A DNA stretch of 64,000 nucleotides from contig CAYNGY010000001.1 in the NCBI GenBank assembly GCA_964397195.1, positions 376,326 through 440,325 of the forward strand, read 5' to 3'. The position numbers and the translations under genes were made by a program. The stretch is from an uncultured Gammaproteobacteria bacterium. GTDB taxonomy: Bacteria > Patescibacteriota > Patescibacteriia > SBBC01 > CAIJZX01. Shown here piece after piece: positions 19,992-28,562 of the stretch. The notes beneath the pieces were generated by a model. The model saw only the letters and a list, made by a program, of their open reading frames with translations, searched no databases and was not told where the DNA came from. The stretch's first letter is position 1, and each line of letters begins with the position of its first letter.

Positions 19992-20020
19992 AGTATACTA
20001 AGGACTGGAATTGTTGTCAA
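19992..20020 (-). promoter_or_regulatory. Sigma70-like promoter for rpmA (minus strand)
   Basis: The minus strand reads TTGACA, a 17-nt spacer, then TATACT. It lies about 25 nt upstream of the rpmA ATG. Confidence 0.55.
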
Positions 20021-20256
20021 TTCGCGCTGGCCGATCGATAGGCGGTCAGCCGTTGCATGACGCTATTTAAGGTCGCTGTTTCGACGCGGAGCCGCTTCGC
20101 CGCTACCACGTTCTCGGGCAAGGCCTTATCTGGTAACAGATCATAGGATTGCCAGACGACCGAAACTATCGCCCCGGCAATCAGGACAAAGAGAATCCAG
20201 CGAGGTCGATGCAGGATTTCACGAAGATGAATCGTCGGGAGCTGTTTCATTGCCAT
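20017..20256 (-). CDS. Small hypothetical protein (single TM), last gene of pilus operon
   Basis: It is a 79-aa ORF with one hydrophobic segment. It overlaps the pilO start. Whether it is coding is uncertain. Confidence 0.35.
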   Translation of the reverse strand: MAMKQLPTIHLREILHRPRWILFVLIAGAIVSVVWQSYDLLPDKALPENVVAAKRLRVETATLNSVMQRLTAYRSASAN

Positions 20257-20765
20257 AATGTGGTCGCGGTGATTTTAAGCACGCTGGTTGTGTCTCCTGA
20301 GAGCGAAAGCGTTTGAATGGCAAAAACCGGCTGAAGCTTTTGGAGGTCGGCTATCACGAGTTGGACATTCGTCGTCGACCCACGCACGGAAAGCGTTACG
20401 CTGCGACTGAGGACTTTTGATCCTGGTATGGCATCGGAGACAATCGGATCGTCCATGGAACAATCGTGAGCCGCCACGATGCGTGAGAGCTGATCGTAGA
20501 AGGCATCTTCCTTTGTGAACGACCAGACCTCGGCGTCAAGCATCTTGGTATAGGTATCAATTTGGTCGGCCTCTTGTTTGAGCGCCTGAAGGTTCGATTG
20601 TTGTTCCTCGAGCGCCGCAAATGTCGCGCGTTGGTTGTCTAGTTCTTGGCGTAGCTCGTGAAGTCGAGGAAACATCCAAAGATAGAGAAAGGCAAAGGTA
20701 GCGAGGACGAGAAAAGAGAAGAGTGCGAAGGTCGTTAAAATTCGTTGACGCGGTGAGATGGTCAT
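20247..20765 (-). CDS. pilO: Type IV pilus assembly protein PilO-like
   Basis: It has an N-terminal TM followed by a coiled coil. It sits in the PilO position after PilM and PilN. Confidence 0.65.
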   Translation of the reverse strand: MTISPRQRILTTFALFSFLVLATFAFLYLWMFPRLHELRQELDNQRATFAALEEQQSNLQALKQEADQIDTYTKMLDAEVWSFTKEDAFYDQLSRIVAAHDCSMDDPIVSDAIPGSKVLSRSVTLSVRGSTTNVQLVIADLQKLQPVFAIQTLSLSGDTTSVLKITATTLWQ

Positions 20766-21307
20766 GAGGGATCGACGAGAGTTGCGGTGTAGGTGAAGGG
20801 GAGCTGTTCACGTTTTGAGGCGGTGTCAGAGGTAGCGACATTTTTGAGGCGTGGCGAAGCTTTCAACACCGAGTCGAGATCAAGAAATATCGCCCGGGTT
20901 TTTGCGACGCCCTTAATGGTGACGCCGCCGGTCTGGGTAATATCAATTGAGACAATGGAGACATCTTTCGGCATAGCCGAAATGATGGCATGTAAACTGG
21001 CGGCCCAATCACGTGCTTGGGGTAAGGACTGTGACAGTAAGGCCGCTTTTTCGTTAACACGGACTGTGGCTTGGCCGATATCAAGCGCGCCTTGTCGCGA
21101 GTTTAGCTGAATTTTCGTCTTGATGTTTTGTCCGAGCGTGTCGATGCGTTGCTGGAGCCACCACTCCGCCCCAAACAGTGCCCCGATCGAGCAGAGGCCG
21201 ATCACAAACAGATAGACAAGCCCAGGCCGCCATCGCCCCAACATATCACCCAAATCCAGTAATTCTTTTCGCTCGGGCGGAAGTAAATTTAATCCGGGGA
21301 TTTTCAT
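20762..21307 (-). CDS. pilN: Type IV pilus assembly protein PilN-like
   Basis: The short cytoplasmic N-terminus MKIPGLNLLPPERKE is the PilM-binding motif. A TM follows. Confidence 0.7.
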   Translation of the reverse strand: MKIPGLNLLPPERKELLDLGDMLGRWRPGLVYLFVIGLCSIGALFGAEWWLQQRIDTLGQNIKTKIQLNSRQGALDIGQATVRVNEKAALLSQSLPQARDWAASLHAIISAMPKDVSIVSIDITQTGGVTIKGVAKTRAIFLDLDSVLKASPRLKNVATSDTASKREQLPFTYTATLVDPS

Positions 21308-22332
21308 GAGGCGGTAAAAGGTTGCATGGCTAATCCTAACGCGGTTGTATAGGTAAAGGCAATATCATGAACAATTGTCGGATCGGATGACATTTGCTGG
21401 ATAATCCATGACGGTTGGACGATAACTTTTTTGTCTAAACGCGCGCCAAGCTCATGGTCAATAGCGCGAATCAGCGCGCCGGACCCATTGAGAAGAATCG
21501 TTGAAATTTCCGGCTCATTTGGGAAGTGTTCCTGATAATATGATTCGACACCGCGGACCTTCTCTGCAAGCAAATCGAGCTGTGGACTGAGAATTCGTGC
21601 GAGCAGTCCTTTTCCGCGCTCAGGATCGAGTCCAAACATCTCTTTCGCCTTCTGGGCCTGGTCGGTTGAGATGCGGAGGGCGTCGGCAATGTACTGATTT
21701 AAATCTTTCCCAGAATACCGAAGCGTCGTCGAAAACTCAACCACGCCGTCGCTGACGAGGATTAAAGATGCTCTCGTTCGGCCAAGATCTAGGACAATAT
21801 GCGCGCCAGTGCTGTCAGGTGCCAGCATCGCTCGGGCGATGGCAATCGATTCGATTTCCATGCTGACAATCTCGATTCCGGCAGAAGTGAGTGTTTCGAG
21901 ATATTGCGTGACAATGGTCTTCGGTGCGCCGCCAAACAGGATCCGTGTACCGACCTGCTTTGGACTGGCGGGGAGTTTTCGCCAATCAAACGTGACGTCA
22001 GACCAGGCGTAGGGAAGGTGTGGCGTTACCGCCTCTTGAATGGCCGCATCATTTACGGCGGTATCAGGGGGTAAGGTCACAACCTTAATAAAACTGTGCC
22101 GCTCTGGTAGGGTAACTATGGCCTGTTTGCCACGTGGTTTAGCGGCGGTCACGAGTTGTTCGAGAATGTCGCGCACCACGTCACGTTTTATAAAATCACC
22201 GTCGACGATGACGCCCACTGGTACGGGTATTTCACCGCGGACCGGTACGCGGTACCCCTTGTGGTGCCGTTCGAGGGTGACCAAGCGGATCACGGAATCG
22301 CTAATGTCGAGGCCGAATGGATGCATTGCCAT
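21304..22332 (-). CDS. pilM: Type IV pilus assembly ATPase-like protein PilM (actin fold)
   Basis: It has FGLDISDSVIRLV, and GIEIVSMEIESIAIARAM is typical of PilM. Confidence 0.8.
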   Translation of the reverse strand: MAMHPFGLDISDSVIRLVTLERHHKGYRVPVRGEIPVPVGVIVDGDFIKRDVVRDILEQLVTAAKPRGKQAIVTLPERHSFIKVVTLPPDTAVNDAAIQEAVTPHLPYAWSDVTFDWRKLPASPKQVGTRILFGGAPKTIVTQYLETLTSAGIEIVSMEIESIAIARAMLAPDSTGAHIVLDLGRTRASLILVSDGVVEFSTTLRYSGKDLNQYIADALRISTDQAQKAKEMFGLDPERGKGLLARILSPQLDLLAEKVRGVESYYQEHFPNEPEISTILLNGSGALIRAIDHELGARLDKKVIVQPSWIIQQMSSDPTIVHDIAFTYTTALGLAMQPFTAS

Positions 22333-22335
22333 GTA

Positions 22336-23550
22336 TTATACCGCGCTAGAAAGATTATAAATTGGAAGCATAACCGACAAAGCGAAAATGGCCACGGCAA
22401 CCCCAAGGACGAGGAGAATCACCGGCTCGATGATGGCCGAGAGGTTCGTCATGGTCTGGTCAACCTCTTCCTCAAAAAAAGAGGCGAGTTGCCCCGAAAC
22501 TTCGTCAAGCGTACCGCTTTCCTCGCCGACGCTCACCATTTGTTGAACGAGTGGTGGGTAGAGCGACGGGTATTTTTCGAGAACTTTCGCGATTGACTGC
22601 CCGCCGCGCAAGGCGCCGGACGACGCTTCCATCGCTAAGCGGTAGTGAGCACTTCCCAGCGTTCGCCCGATAATTTGAAACGATTCAATAATCGGGATAT
22701 CCGTCGCCAGCATCGAGCTGAGGTTACGGGTAAACCGGGCCAAGTTAATCTTCTTGACGATTTTTCCGGCGATCGGCATCCGGAGTAACACAGCGTCGTA
22801 CACGAGAATGCCGCGACGGGTCTTGCCGATGACAATGTAGGCCACCACCACCACAATAACGCCGATGATGACCAGGAGCCACTGGGATGTCAGGAAACGA
22901 CTAGCACCGATCAGGACTCGTGTCGGGAGCGGCAGGGTGACATTATTTTCCTCGAACACTTTAATTAACTGTGGCATCACGAAAACCATCACCGCGACCG
23001 CCGCACCGATCATGGCGATGATGATGACAATTGGGTAAATCATGGCGCCACGAACCTTGCCGACCAACTGATGATCCTTTTTCATTTGAATCGTCAGGCC
23101 ATGTAAGACATCATCAAGTTTCCCGCTGACTTCACCGGCGGCGATCATATTCACAAACAATTCCGAGAACACACGGGGGTGTTTTTTTAGGGCCACTGAG
23201 AAGGTGGTGCCACTTTCAACATCATTCTGAAGTTCGAGAATAACGCGACGGAAGTAATGGTGCGTCGTTTGGAGGGCCAGGGTGCCCATGGCGCGGCTAA
23301 TCGAAAAGCCGCTCCGTAACATGACGCCGAGATTTTGGGTAAAGAAAATCTTTTGCTCGGTTGGGACGCCTTGCCATGACTCGAATCGGTCGTTAAAAGA
23401 AACTTTTTGTGAGTTCGTTGCGGCGGCCGAGATGAATTGATATCCGCGTTGGGTGAGTGAGGCCTGCAGGCTCGCCGTTGAGTCGGACACTTCCTGGCCA
23501 TGAAGCTTCCGGCCGTGTTCATCGCGAACGTAGTAGGTAAAGATAGGCAT
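22336..23550 (-). CDS. pilC: Type IV pilus inner-membrane platform protein PilC (GspF family)
   Basis: It has two T2SSF repeats and 3 TM segments. It lies directly downstream of pilB. Confidence 0.85.
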   Translation of the reverse strand: MPIFTYYVRDEHGRKLHGQEVSDSTASLQASLTQRGYQFISAAATNSQKVSFNDRFESWQGVPTEQKIFFTQNLGVMLRSGFSISRAMGTLALQTTHHYFRRVILELQNDVESGTTFSVALKKHPRVFSELFVNMIAAGEVSGKLDDVLHGLTIQMKKDHQLVGKVRGAMIYPIVIIIAMIGAAVAVMVFVMPQLIKVFEENNVTLPLPTRVLIGASRFLTSQWLLVIIGVIVVVVAYIVIGKTRRGILVYDAVLLRMPIAGKIVKKINLARFTRNLSSMLATDIPIIESFQIIGRTLGSAHYRLAMEASSGALRGGQSIAKVLEKYPSLYPPLVQQMVSVGEESGTLDEVSGQLASFFEEEVDQTMTNLSAIIEPVILLVLGVAVAIFALSVMLPIYNLSSAV

Positions 23551-23551
23551 C

Positions 23552-25276
23552 TTATTCCTTGGTGACGCGAAGGATCTCCTCGATGGTTGTGAGTCCAGAT
23601 TTCGCTTTTAAAATCCCGTCCTGGAGCATGGTCATCATCCCGTGCTCAATCGCGTACTGTCGGAGGTCGTCGGCATTACGATTCTCGAGAATAATTCGGG
23701 CCACGTCATCGTTCATCCCAAGCGTCTCGTAAATACCAATTCGGCCTTTGTATCCTTCCTGGTTACATTGGCTGCAACCGCGACCGCGGAAGAAGAGAAG
23801 ATCCTGGACCTTCTGTCCTTTGGCGATGGCGCCGTGCTTTTCGAGGGTACGGAGGAGGTACTCAACTTGGATTTGTTTCTCTAATTCAAGGATGGCCCGT
23901 GAACTAAGGGTAAAGCTCTCGATACAATGCTGACAGATCTTTCGGACTAACCGTTGAGCGATGATCAGGTTCGTTGTTGAGGCAATCAGGAAAGCCGGTA
24001 CTTTCATTTCGGTTAAACGGGGGAGGACGGTAACCGCATCATTCGTGTGGATGGTTGAGAGAACCAGGTGGCCAGTTAAGGCGGCATGGGCCGCAATTTC
24101 CGCGGTTTCTTCGTCGCGAATTTCACCGACCATAATGATATTTGGATCCTGACGGAGCAGTGAACGGAGCCCAGCGGCGAAGGTCATACCAATTTTTGGG
24201 TTGACCTGTGTCTGGTTTACACCCGGCATCCGATACTCGATTGGATCCTCGATGGTCGAAACATTGACCTTTGGCGTATTGAGAATGTTGAGCACCGTGT
24301 AGAGGGTCGTGGTTTTTCCGGATCCAGTCGGGCCGCTGACGAAAATCATGCCGTGCGGTTTAGCAATATTTCGTTTCATGTCCTCGAGCGCTTCGGGTTG
24401 GAGTCCAAGCTGTTCGAGAGTGAGGACTTGCGCTGATTCATTCAGTAAGCGCAGGACAATCTTTTCGCCATCATAGACCGGCAGGATACTCACTCGGAAG
24501 GCGACCGCAAATTCATCGGTTTTGACCTTAAAGCGGCCGTCCTGTGGTAGGCGGTGCTCATCAATTTTGAGGTTCGAAAGGATTTTAATGCGCGCCACCA
24601 CCCCAGGGTGTACCTTTTTTGGTAACTTCATGGCTTGCTTTAGCACGCCGTCAATCCGGTACCGGACGATGCTATCAGTTTCGGACGGCTCGATATGAAT
24701 GTCGGAGGCGCTTTCGAAAACCGCATATTCAAGGAGCGAGTCGACCAATTGCACAACCGGAACATCTTGGGCGAGCTGTTGCAGGTCTTCTTTTGAAGCA
24801 TCTGTCGCATCGCCTTTTTGGGTGATGGTCTTAATGTCCGCGCGGAGTCCTTTTCGATACAGGCCGAGAACGTGCTGGATGCTCGAGGGCGTGGTGAGAT
24901 GGATAACCGCATGCAGGCCGGTCTTTTTTTCCGCGAAGTCGATTATTTCAAGATCGTCAGGATCAAGGACGGCAAGCTTAATCTCGTGGTCTGTTTTTTC
25001 GAATGGGACGATATGGTGGGCCTGAATCAGTTGTTCCGGGAGAAGCGTAAAGATATCCCGGCGGAGATTCCGGCCGTTCAGGTCAATAAACGGCAATTTC
25101 ATGCCGTTCGCTAGCGCTTCATACAAGACCGATTCACTGACGATATTCTCACCCAAAAGCACCTGCGTTAGGGGAACGCCTCGGTTTTTTGCGGTTTGAA
25201 TTGCCGTATCGAGCTTCTCAGCTGGTACCAGATTCGTCTCGTGGAGAATTCGCTCAATAACGCGTTGAATGGCCAT
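23552..25276 (-). CDS. pilB: Type IV pilus assembly ATPase PilB (GspE family)
   Basis: It has the Walker A motif GPTGSGKTTT and the GspE motifs. The C-terminus has a tetracysteine (CQHC...CSQC). Confidence 0.9.
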   Translation of the reverse strand: MAIQRVIERILHETNLVPAEKLDTAIQTAKNRGVPLTQVLLGENIVSESVLYEALANGMKLPFIDLNGRNLRRDIFTLLPEQLIQAHHIVPFEKTDHEIKLAVLDPDDLEIIDFAEKKTGLHAVIHLTTPSSIQHVLGLYRKGLRADIKTITQKGDATDASKEDLQQLAQDVPVVQLVDSLLEYAVFESASDIHIEPSETDSIVRYRIDGVLKQAMKLPKKVHPGVVARIKILSNLKIDEHRLPQDGRFKVKTDEFAVAFRVSILPVYDGEKIVLRLLNESAQVLTLEQLGLQPEALEDMKRNIAKPHGMIFVSGPTGSGKTTTLYTVLNILNTPKVNVSTIEDPIEYRMPGVNQTQVNPKIGMTFAAGLRSLLRQDPNIIMVGEIRDEETAEIAAHAALTGHLVLSTIHTNDAVTVLPRLTEMKVPAFLIASTTNLIIAQRLVRKICQHCIESFTLSSRAILELEKQIQVEYLLRTLEKHGAIAKGQKVQDLLFFRGRGCSQCNQEGYKGRIGIYETLGMNDDVARIILENRNADDLRQYAIEHGMMTMLQDGILKAKSGLTTIEEILRVTKE

Positions 25277-25301
25277 GTTTGATGTTTACAATTGCCGTTA
25301 G

Positions 25302-25330
25302 ATTATAGCATAACGGCTAGGCAATTTCAA
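25302..25330 (-). promoter_or_regulatory. Sigma70-like promoter for pilB operon (minus strand)
   Basis: The minus strand reads TTGAAA, a 17-nt spacer, then TATAAT. The -35 element overlaps the stop of the upstream GT-C gene. Confidence 0.6.
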
Positions 25331-27069
25331 CGAAATCGGTATTCGTAGATGGTCGTTCCGACGACGGTAGTCGGCGTCTCATTCCATAACCAATGGAAAG
25401 GATTATTCGTGTCGTATAGCGCGCCGGCACTGATATAGTAGGTGCCGACCGGTCGCTCGCCATGAGCATATTCCTCATCAGTCATCACATAGCCCGCCTC
25501 GTCAAAGAAGAGTTCCTTACGATTTCCGGGAATTGCGAGGCCGTAGGTAGAAATATGGTGCTGCGTCAAATACGAACGCAATCGCCACGTATCCTGATTC
25601 CAATCGAGGTTTGAGTCTTGCAGAATGGTGTGTCCGTGTGCGGTTCCTCCGGCTGCGGCGTTAAAATACCCGAGGGTATGCGGCCACGCCAAGAGGGCGG
25701 TCAGTCCAATCCCAACGACAACGACCGCGGCGATTGGCATTTGCCATGCTCGACGCAACCGCGCCCCAGCCGCGCCAATCCAGAGTGGAATAAAAACGAT
25801 GACCGGCATGACATGTCGTACGCCGATATTAATATGGCCGGTCATACTCCAGAGGAGGAACATGGCGGGGGGGAGGACGAGAATCCAAAAGCCGGAGGCC
25901 GGATTCCAGCGCCATCGAGTGCGACGTAGCAAGAGTCCCAGCGAGAGGAGAAGTCCGCCCCAGGTGAGGAGGGGGAGCTTAACTGCCATCGCGACCGGGA
26001 AGTAGTACCACCAGCCATGGACACGAATTTCACCGAGCAAAAAGGCAGTGTGGCCCCAAAAATTATGATTTGATGTTTCGATCAGACCTTGAAAATAGGA
26101 ATATGCCGGAATGGGGAGATGTCGAGCCTTTTGAATCACATCGCCAAGCATAGTCTGCGGCTTGGCATGATTCACAAGCCACGCGGTCAGTGGCGGTTCA
26201 TCGCCGGCGTTTGGCGCAGTCAGGGCCGCGTCAAGCGCTCGCCGGATGCGGGCGTCACTATCAAATCGTTTCACCTCAAACCCGTAGATGACCCATGTGA
26301 CGAGCGGAACTATGACCAGTAGACTGAGCATCATTCGGCCGGCCCATCGCCAGTCAAGTCGATGCTGATTCGGGAATAGACGGATGAACAGAATCGCTGG
26401 AACAATCAGCCAAAGAATAATTGCCGAGAATTTCGAAACTTGCGTCAGTGCAAAAACCGTACTGACCAGCATCGTCTGACGCCAGGTTGGAGCCTGGAGC
26501 CATCGCTCGAAAAGGACCAAGGTCGCCACAAAGCCGAGAGTAACTGCCATGTCGGTGGTGACCAGGTGGCCGTGTCCAAGCACCGTGGGATCAAAGGAAA
26601 AAAGCCCGGCGGCCATCACCCCGCTCCATCCGCCCCAGCGCTTTGTTGCCCACCAGCCTATCAACCAGCACAGCGTCACGGTGACGGCGATGGGGAAGAG
26701 TCGCCCCAGGAAAAGGATAAATCGGGCCGTGTTCGGGTCACTCCGAGACTCGTACAACAGGGTACTTCCAAGCCCCCATTGCTCCACCTGTTGCCAACTA
26801 TCCGAACGCGTCGAAAAATTGAGGTTTTTTACCATCAGTAACGGCGCCGCCGCCAACAATTTCAACAAGGGCGGGTGTTCCGGGTTAATCCGATGATCAT
26901 TCGTTCGCCAATACGAATACCCGGCCACGAGGTGCACGGCTTCGTCGGTCGTTTGACTATCGGACCAAGCGCCGATACACTGCCATACAGTGGCGACGGT
27001 TAACAGAGCCCACAGGGCTCGTCGCGCCCATTGTGTATGCCAGCGTTCGTCTCGACTATCCAGAAACAT
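25327..27069 (-). CDS. GT-C family glycosyltransferase (GT39 protein-O-mannosyltransferase / ArnT-like)
   Basis: It has the first-loop motif SQTTDEAVHLVAGYSYW...NPEHPPLLKLL and many TM segments. Confidence 0.7.
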   Translation of the reverse strand: MFLDSRDERWHTQWARRALWALLTVATVWQCIGAWSDSQTTDEAVHLVAGYSYWRTNDHRINPEHPPLLKLLAAAPLLMVKNLNFSTRSDSWQQVEQWGLGSTLLYESRSDPNTARFILFLGRLFPIAVTVTLCWLIGWWATKRWGGWSGVMAAGLFSFDPTVLGHGHLVTTDMAVTLGFVATLVLFERWLQAPTWRQTMLVSTVFALTQVSKFSAIILWLIVPAILFIRLFPNQHRLDWRWAGRMMLSLLVIVPLVTWVIYGFEVKRFDSDARIRRALDAALTAPNAGDEPPLTAWLVNHAKPQTMLGDVIQKARHLPIPAYSYFQGLIETSNHNFWGHTAFLLGEIRVHGWWYYFPVAMAVKLPLLTWGGLLLSLGLLLRRTRWRWNPASGFWILVLPPAMFLLWSMTGHINIGVRHVMPVIVFIPLWIGAAGARLRRAWQMPIAAVVVVGIGLTALLAWPHTLGYFNAAAGGTAHGHTILQDSNLDWNQDTWRLRSYLTQHHISTYGLAIPGNRKELFFDEAGYVMTDEEYAHGERPVGTYYISAGALYDTNNPFHWLWNETPTTVVGTTIYEYRFR

Positions 27070-27093
27070 GGTATCTTCGGATTCCGTCAGCCG

Positions 27094-27411
27094 ATGGAAT
27101 GGGTTTTAATCGGCGTGACCGGATTATTGAGTGGAGCGTTTTGGGCGACCACAGGACTGCTCGTGCAGTCGCATGGTGACCTCGCGCCGTTACACTATAC
27201 CATATACTTCGGCATTGATTTGGTCGGAAACGCCAATCGCCTGTATTTTTTACCGGCGGCGGGAACGGTGATGTGGCTGGGGCATCTTGTTGGATCACGC
27301 GCAATCGAACATGACGCCTGGCGTCGGGCGTGGCTCATTCTCGGCCTAACGTTTCAGGTTATTCTCGGCGCGATCTTAGCCGCCATCACTTTTGTCAGTT
27401 TCCAATCATGA
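27094..27411 (+). CDS. Small membrane protein upstream of mraY
   Basis: The track ORF is 27031..27411. The start is trimmed to MEWVLIG to avoid the divergent gene. Its stop TGA overlaps the mraY ATG (ATGA). Confidence 0.45.
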   Translation: MEWVLIGVTGLLSGAFWATTGLLVQSHGDLAPLHYTIYFGIDLVGNANRLYFLPAAGTVMWLGHLVGSRAIEHDAWRRAWLILGLTFQVILGAILAAITFVSFQS

Positions 27412-28451
27412 ACACGACCGCCATCGTCCAACTGCTCACCCTCGTCGTCGTCGCCGCGACGTGTGCGTTTATCGCTACGCCAATTTTGACGAAATACCTC
27501 TATAAATACAAACTCGGGAAGCAAATTCGCGACGCATCCGAAACGCCGATATTTAGTAAGCTCCATGCGCATAAGGCTGGGACACCAACGATGGGCGGGA
27601 TTCTCGTTTGGGGAACCGTCCTGGTGCTCTTGGCGGTGACCTGGGTGATGAGTCGATTTGTGACGGTTGGATTTTTTCACGAACTGAATTTTTGGTCACG
27701 AAGCGAGACGTACTTGCCGGTGGGCATGATGATTCTGGCGGCCATGGTCGGCTTGGTGGACGATATCTATAACATCCAGCGTCGTGGCGCGCATGGTGGC
27801 GGGTTACGCGTCCGGCATCGGCTCCTGCTCTTCGGAGCGATCGCCGCCATCGGGGCTTGGTGGTTTGTGACAAAACTCGATTGGACAACGCTGCATGTTC
27901 CACTCTTCGGAAATATTGATGTCGGCTGGTGGTATATCCCGATTTTCATGTTTGTGATTGTCGCGACCGGGTTCTCGGTTGATATCGCGGACGGACTCGA
28001 CGGCTTAGCGGGCGGGTTGGTTTTAGCGGCGCTGACCGCCTACGCAGGAATTGCCATTTACCAAGGCAATGTGGAGCTCGCCTCATTTATCGCGGTCTTG
28101 ATTGGCGCCCTGGCTGCGTTTCTCTGGTTTAACATTACGCCGGCTCGTTTTTTTATGGGGGATACCGGTGCGATGAGTCTCGGCGTCACCCTTGGCGTGT
28201 TAGCGATGTTGACGAATACCGCGCTCGTCCTTCCGATTATTGGGTTCCCGTTTGTCGTTGAGGCCCTCTCGGTCATCATCCAGGTCCTGTCAAAGCGCCT
28301 CAGGAAGAAAAAGATCTTCATCTCGGCTCCAATCCATCACCACCTTGAGGCGAAGGGGTGGAGCGAGCCAAAAATTGTCATGCGGTTCTGGGTGATCGCT
28401 GCTATGAGTTCATTACTCGGGCTTATCCTTGTTTTGGTCGATAAAACGTAA
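27408..28451 (+). CDS. mraY: Phospho-N-acetylmuramoyl-pentapeptide transferase
   Basis: The start is trimmed to MNTTAIVQLL. It has the MraY motifs (GTPTMGG; DDxxD-like VDDIYN; HHHLE). Confidence 0.9.
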   Translation: MNTTAIVQLLTLVVVAATCAFIATPILTKYLYKYKLGKQIRDASETPIFSKLHAHKAGTPTMGGILVWGTVLVLLAVTWVMSRFVTVGFFHELNFWSRSETYLPVGMMILAAMVGLVDDIYNIQRRGAHGGGLRVRHRLLLFGAIAAIGAWWFVTKLDWTTLHVPLFGNIDVGWWYIPIFMFVIVATGFSVDIADGLDGLAGGLVLAALTAYAGIAIYQGNVELASFIAVLIGALAAFLWFNITPARFFMGDTGAMSLGVTLGVLAMLTNTALVLPIIGFPFVVEALSVIIQVLSKRLRKKKIFISAPIHHHLEAKGWSEPKIVMRFWVIAAMSSLLGLILVLVDKT

Positions 28452-28460
28452 GTTTTCTCG

Positions 28461-28489
28461 TTGCCGAGGAGGAGGTTTCGTGGTATAAT
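28461..28489 (+). promoter_or_regulatory. Promoter with extended -10 upstream of the murD-fusion gene
   Basis: The sequence is TTGCCG, a 17-nt spacer, then TGgTATAAT (28481-28489). Confidence 0.5.
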
Positions 28490-28562
28490 TCGGACAATGC
28501 TTTATTGTACATATAGGTAAAATGGGTTGCGAGATCTGCGCATACGGATATCAGGTAAACAC

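Noticed and set aside
22156-22596. 146-aa plus-strand ORF
   Set aside because: It is antisense across the pilM/pilC junction. It is a shadow ORF in GC-rich DNA.
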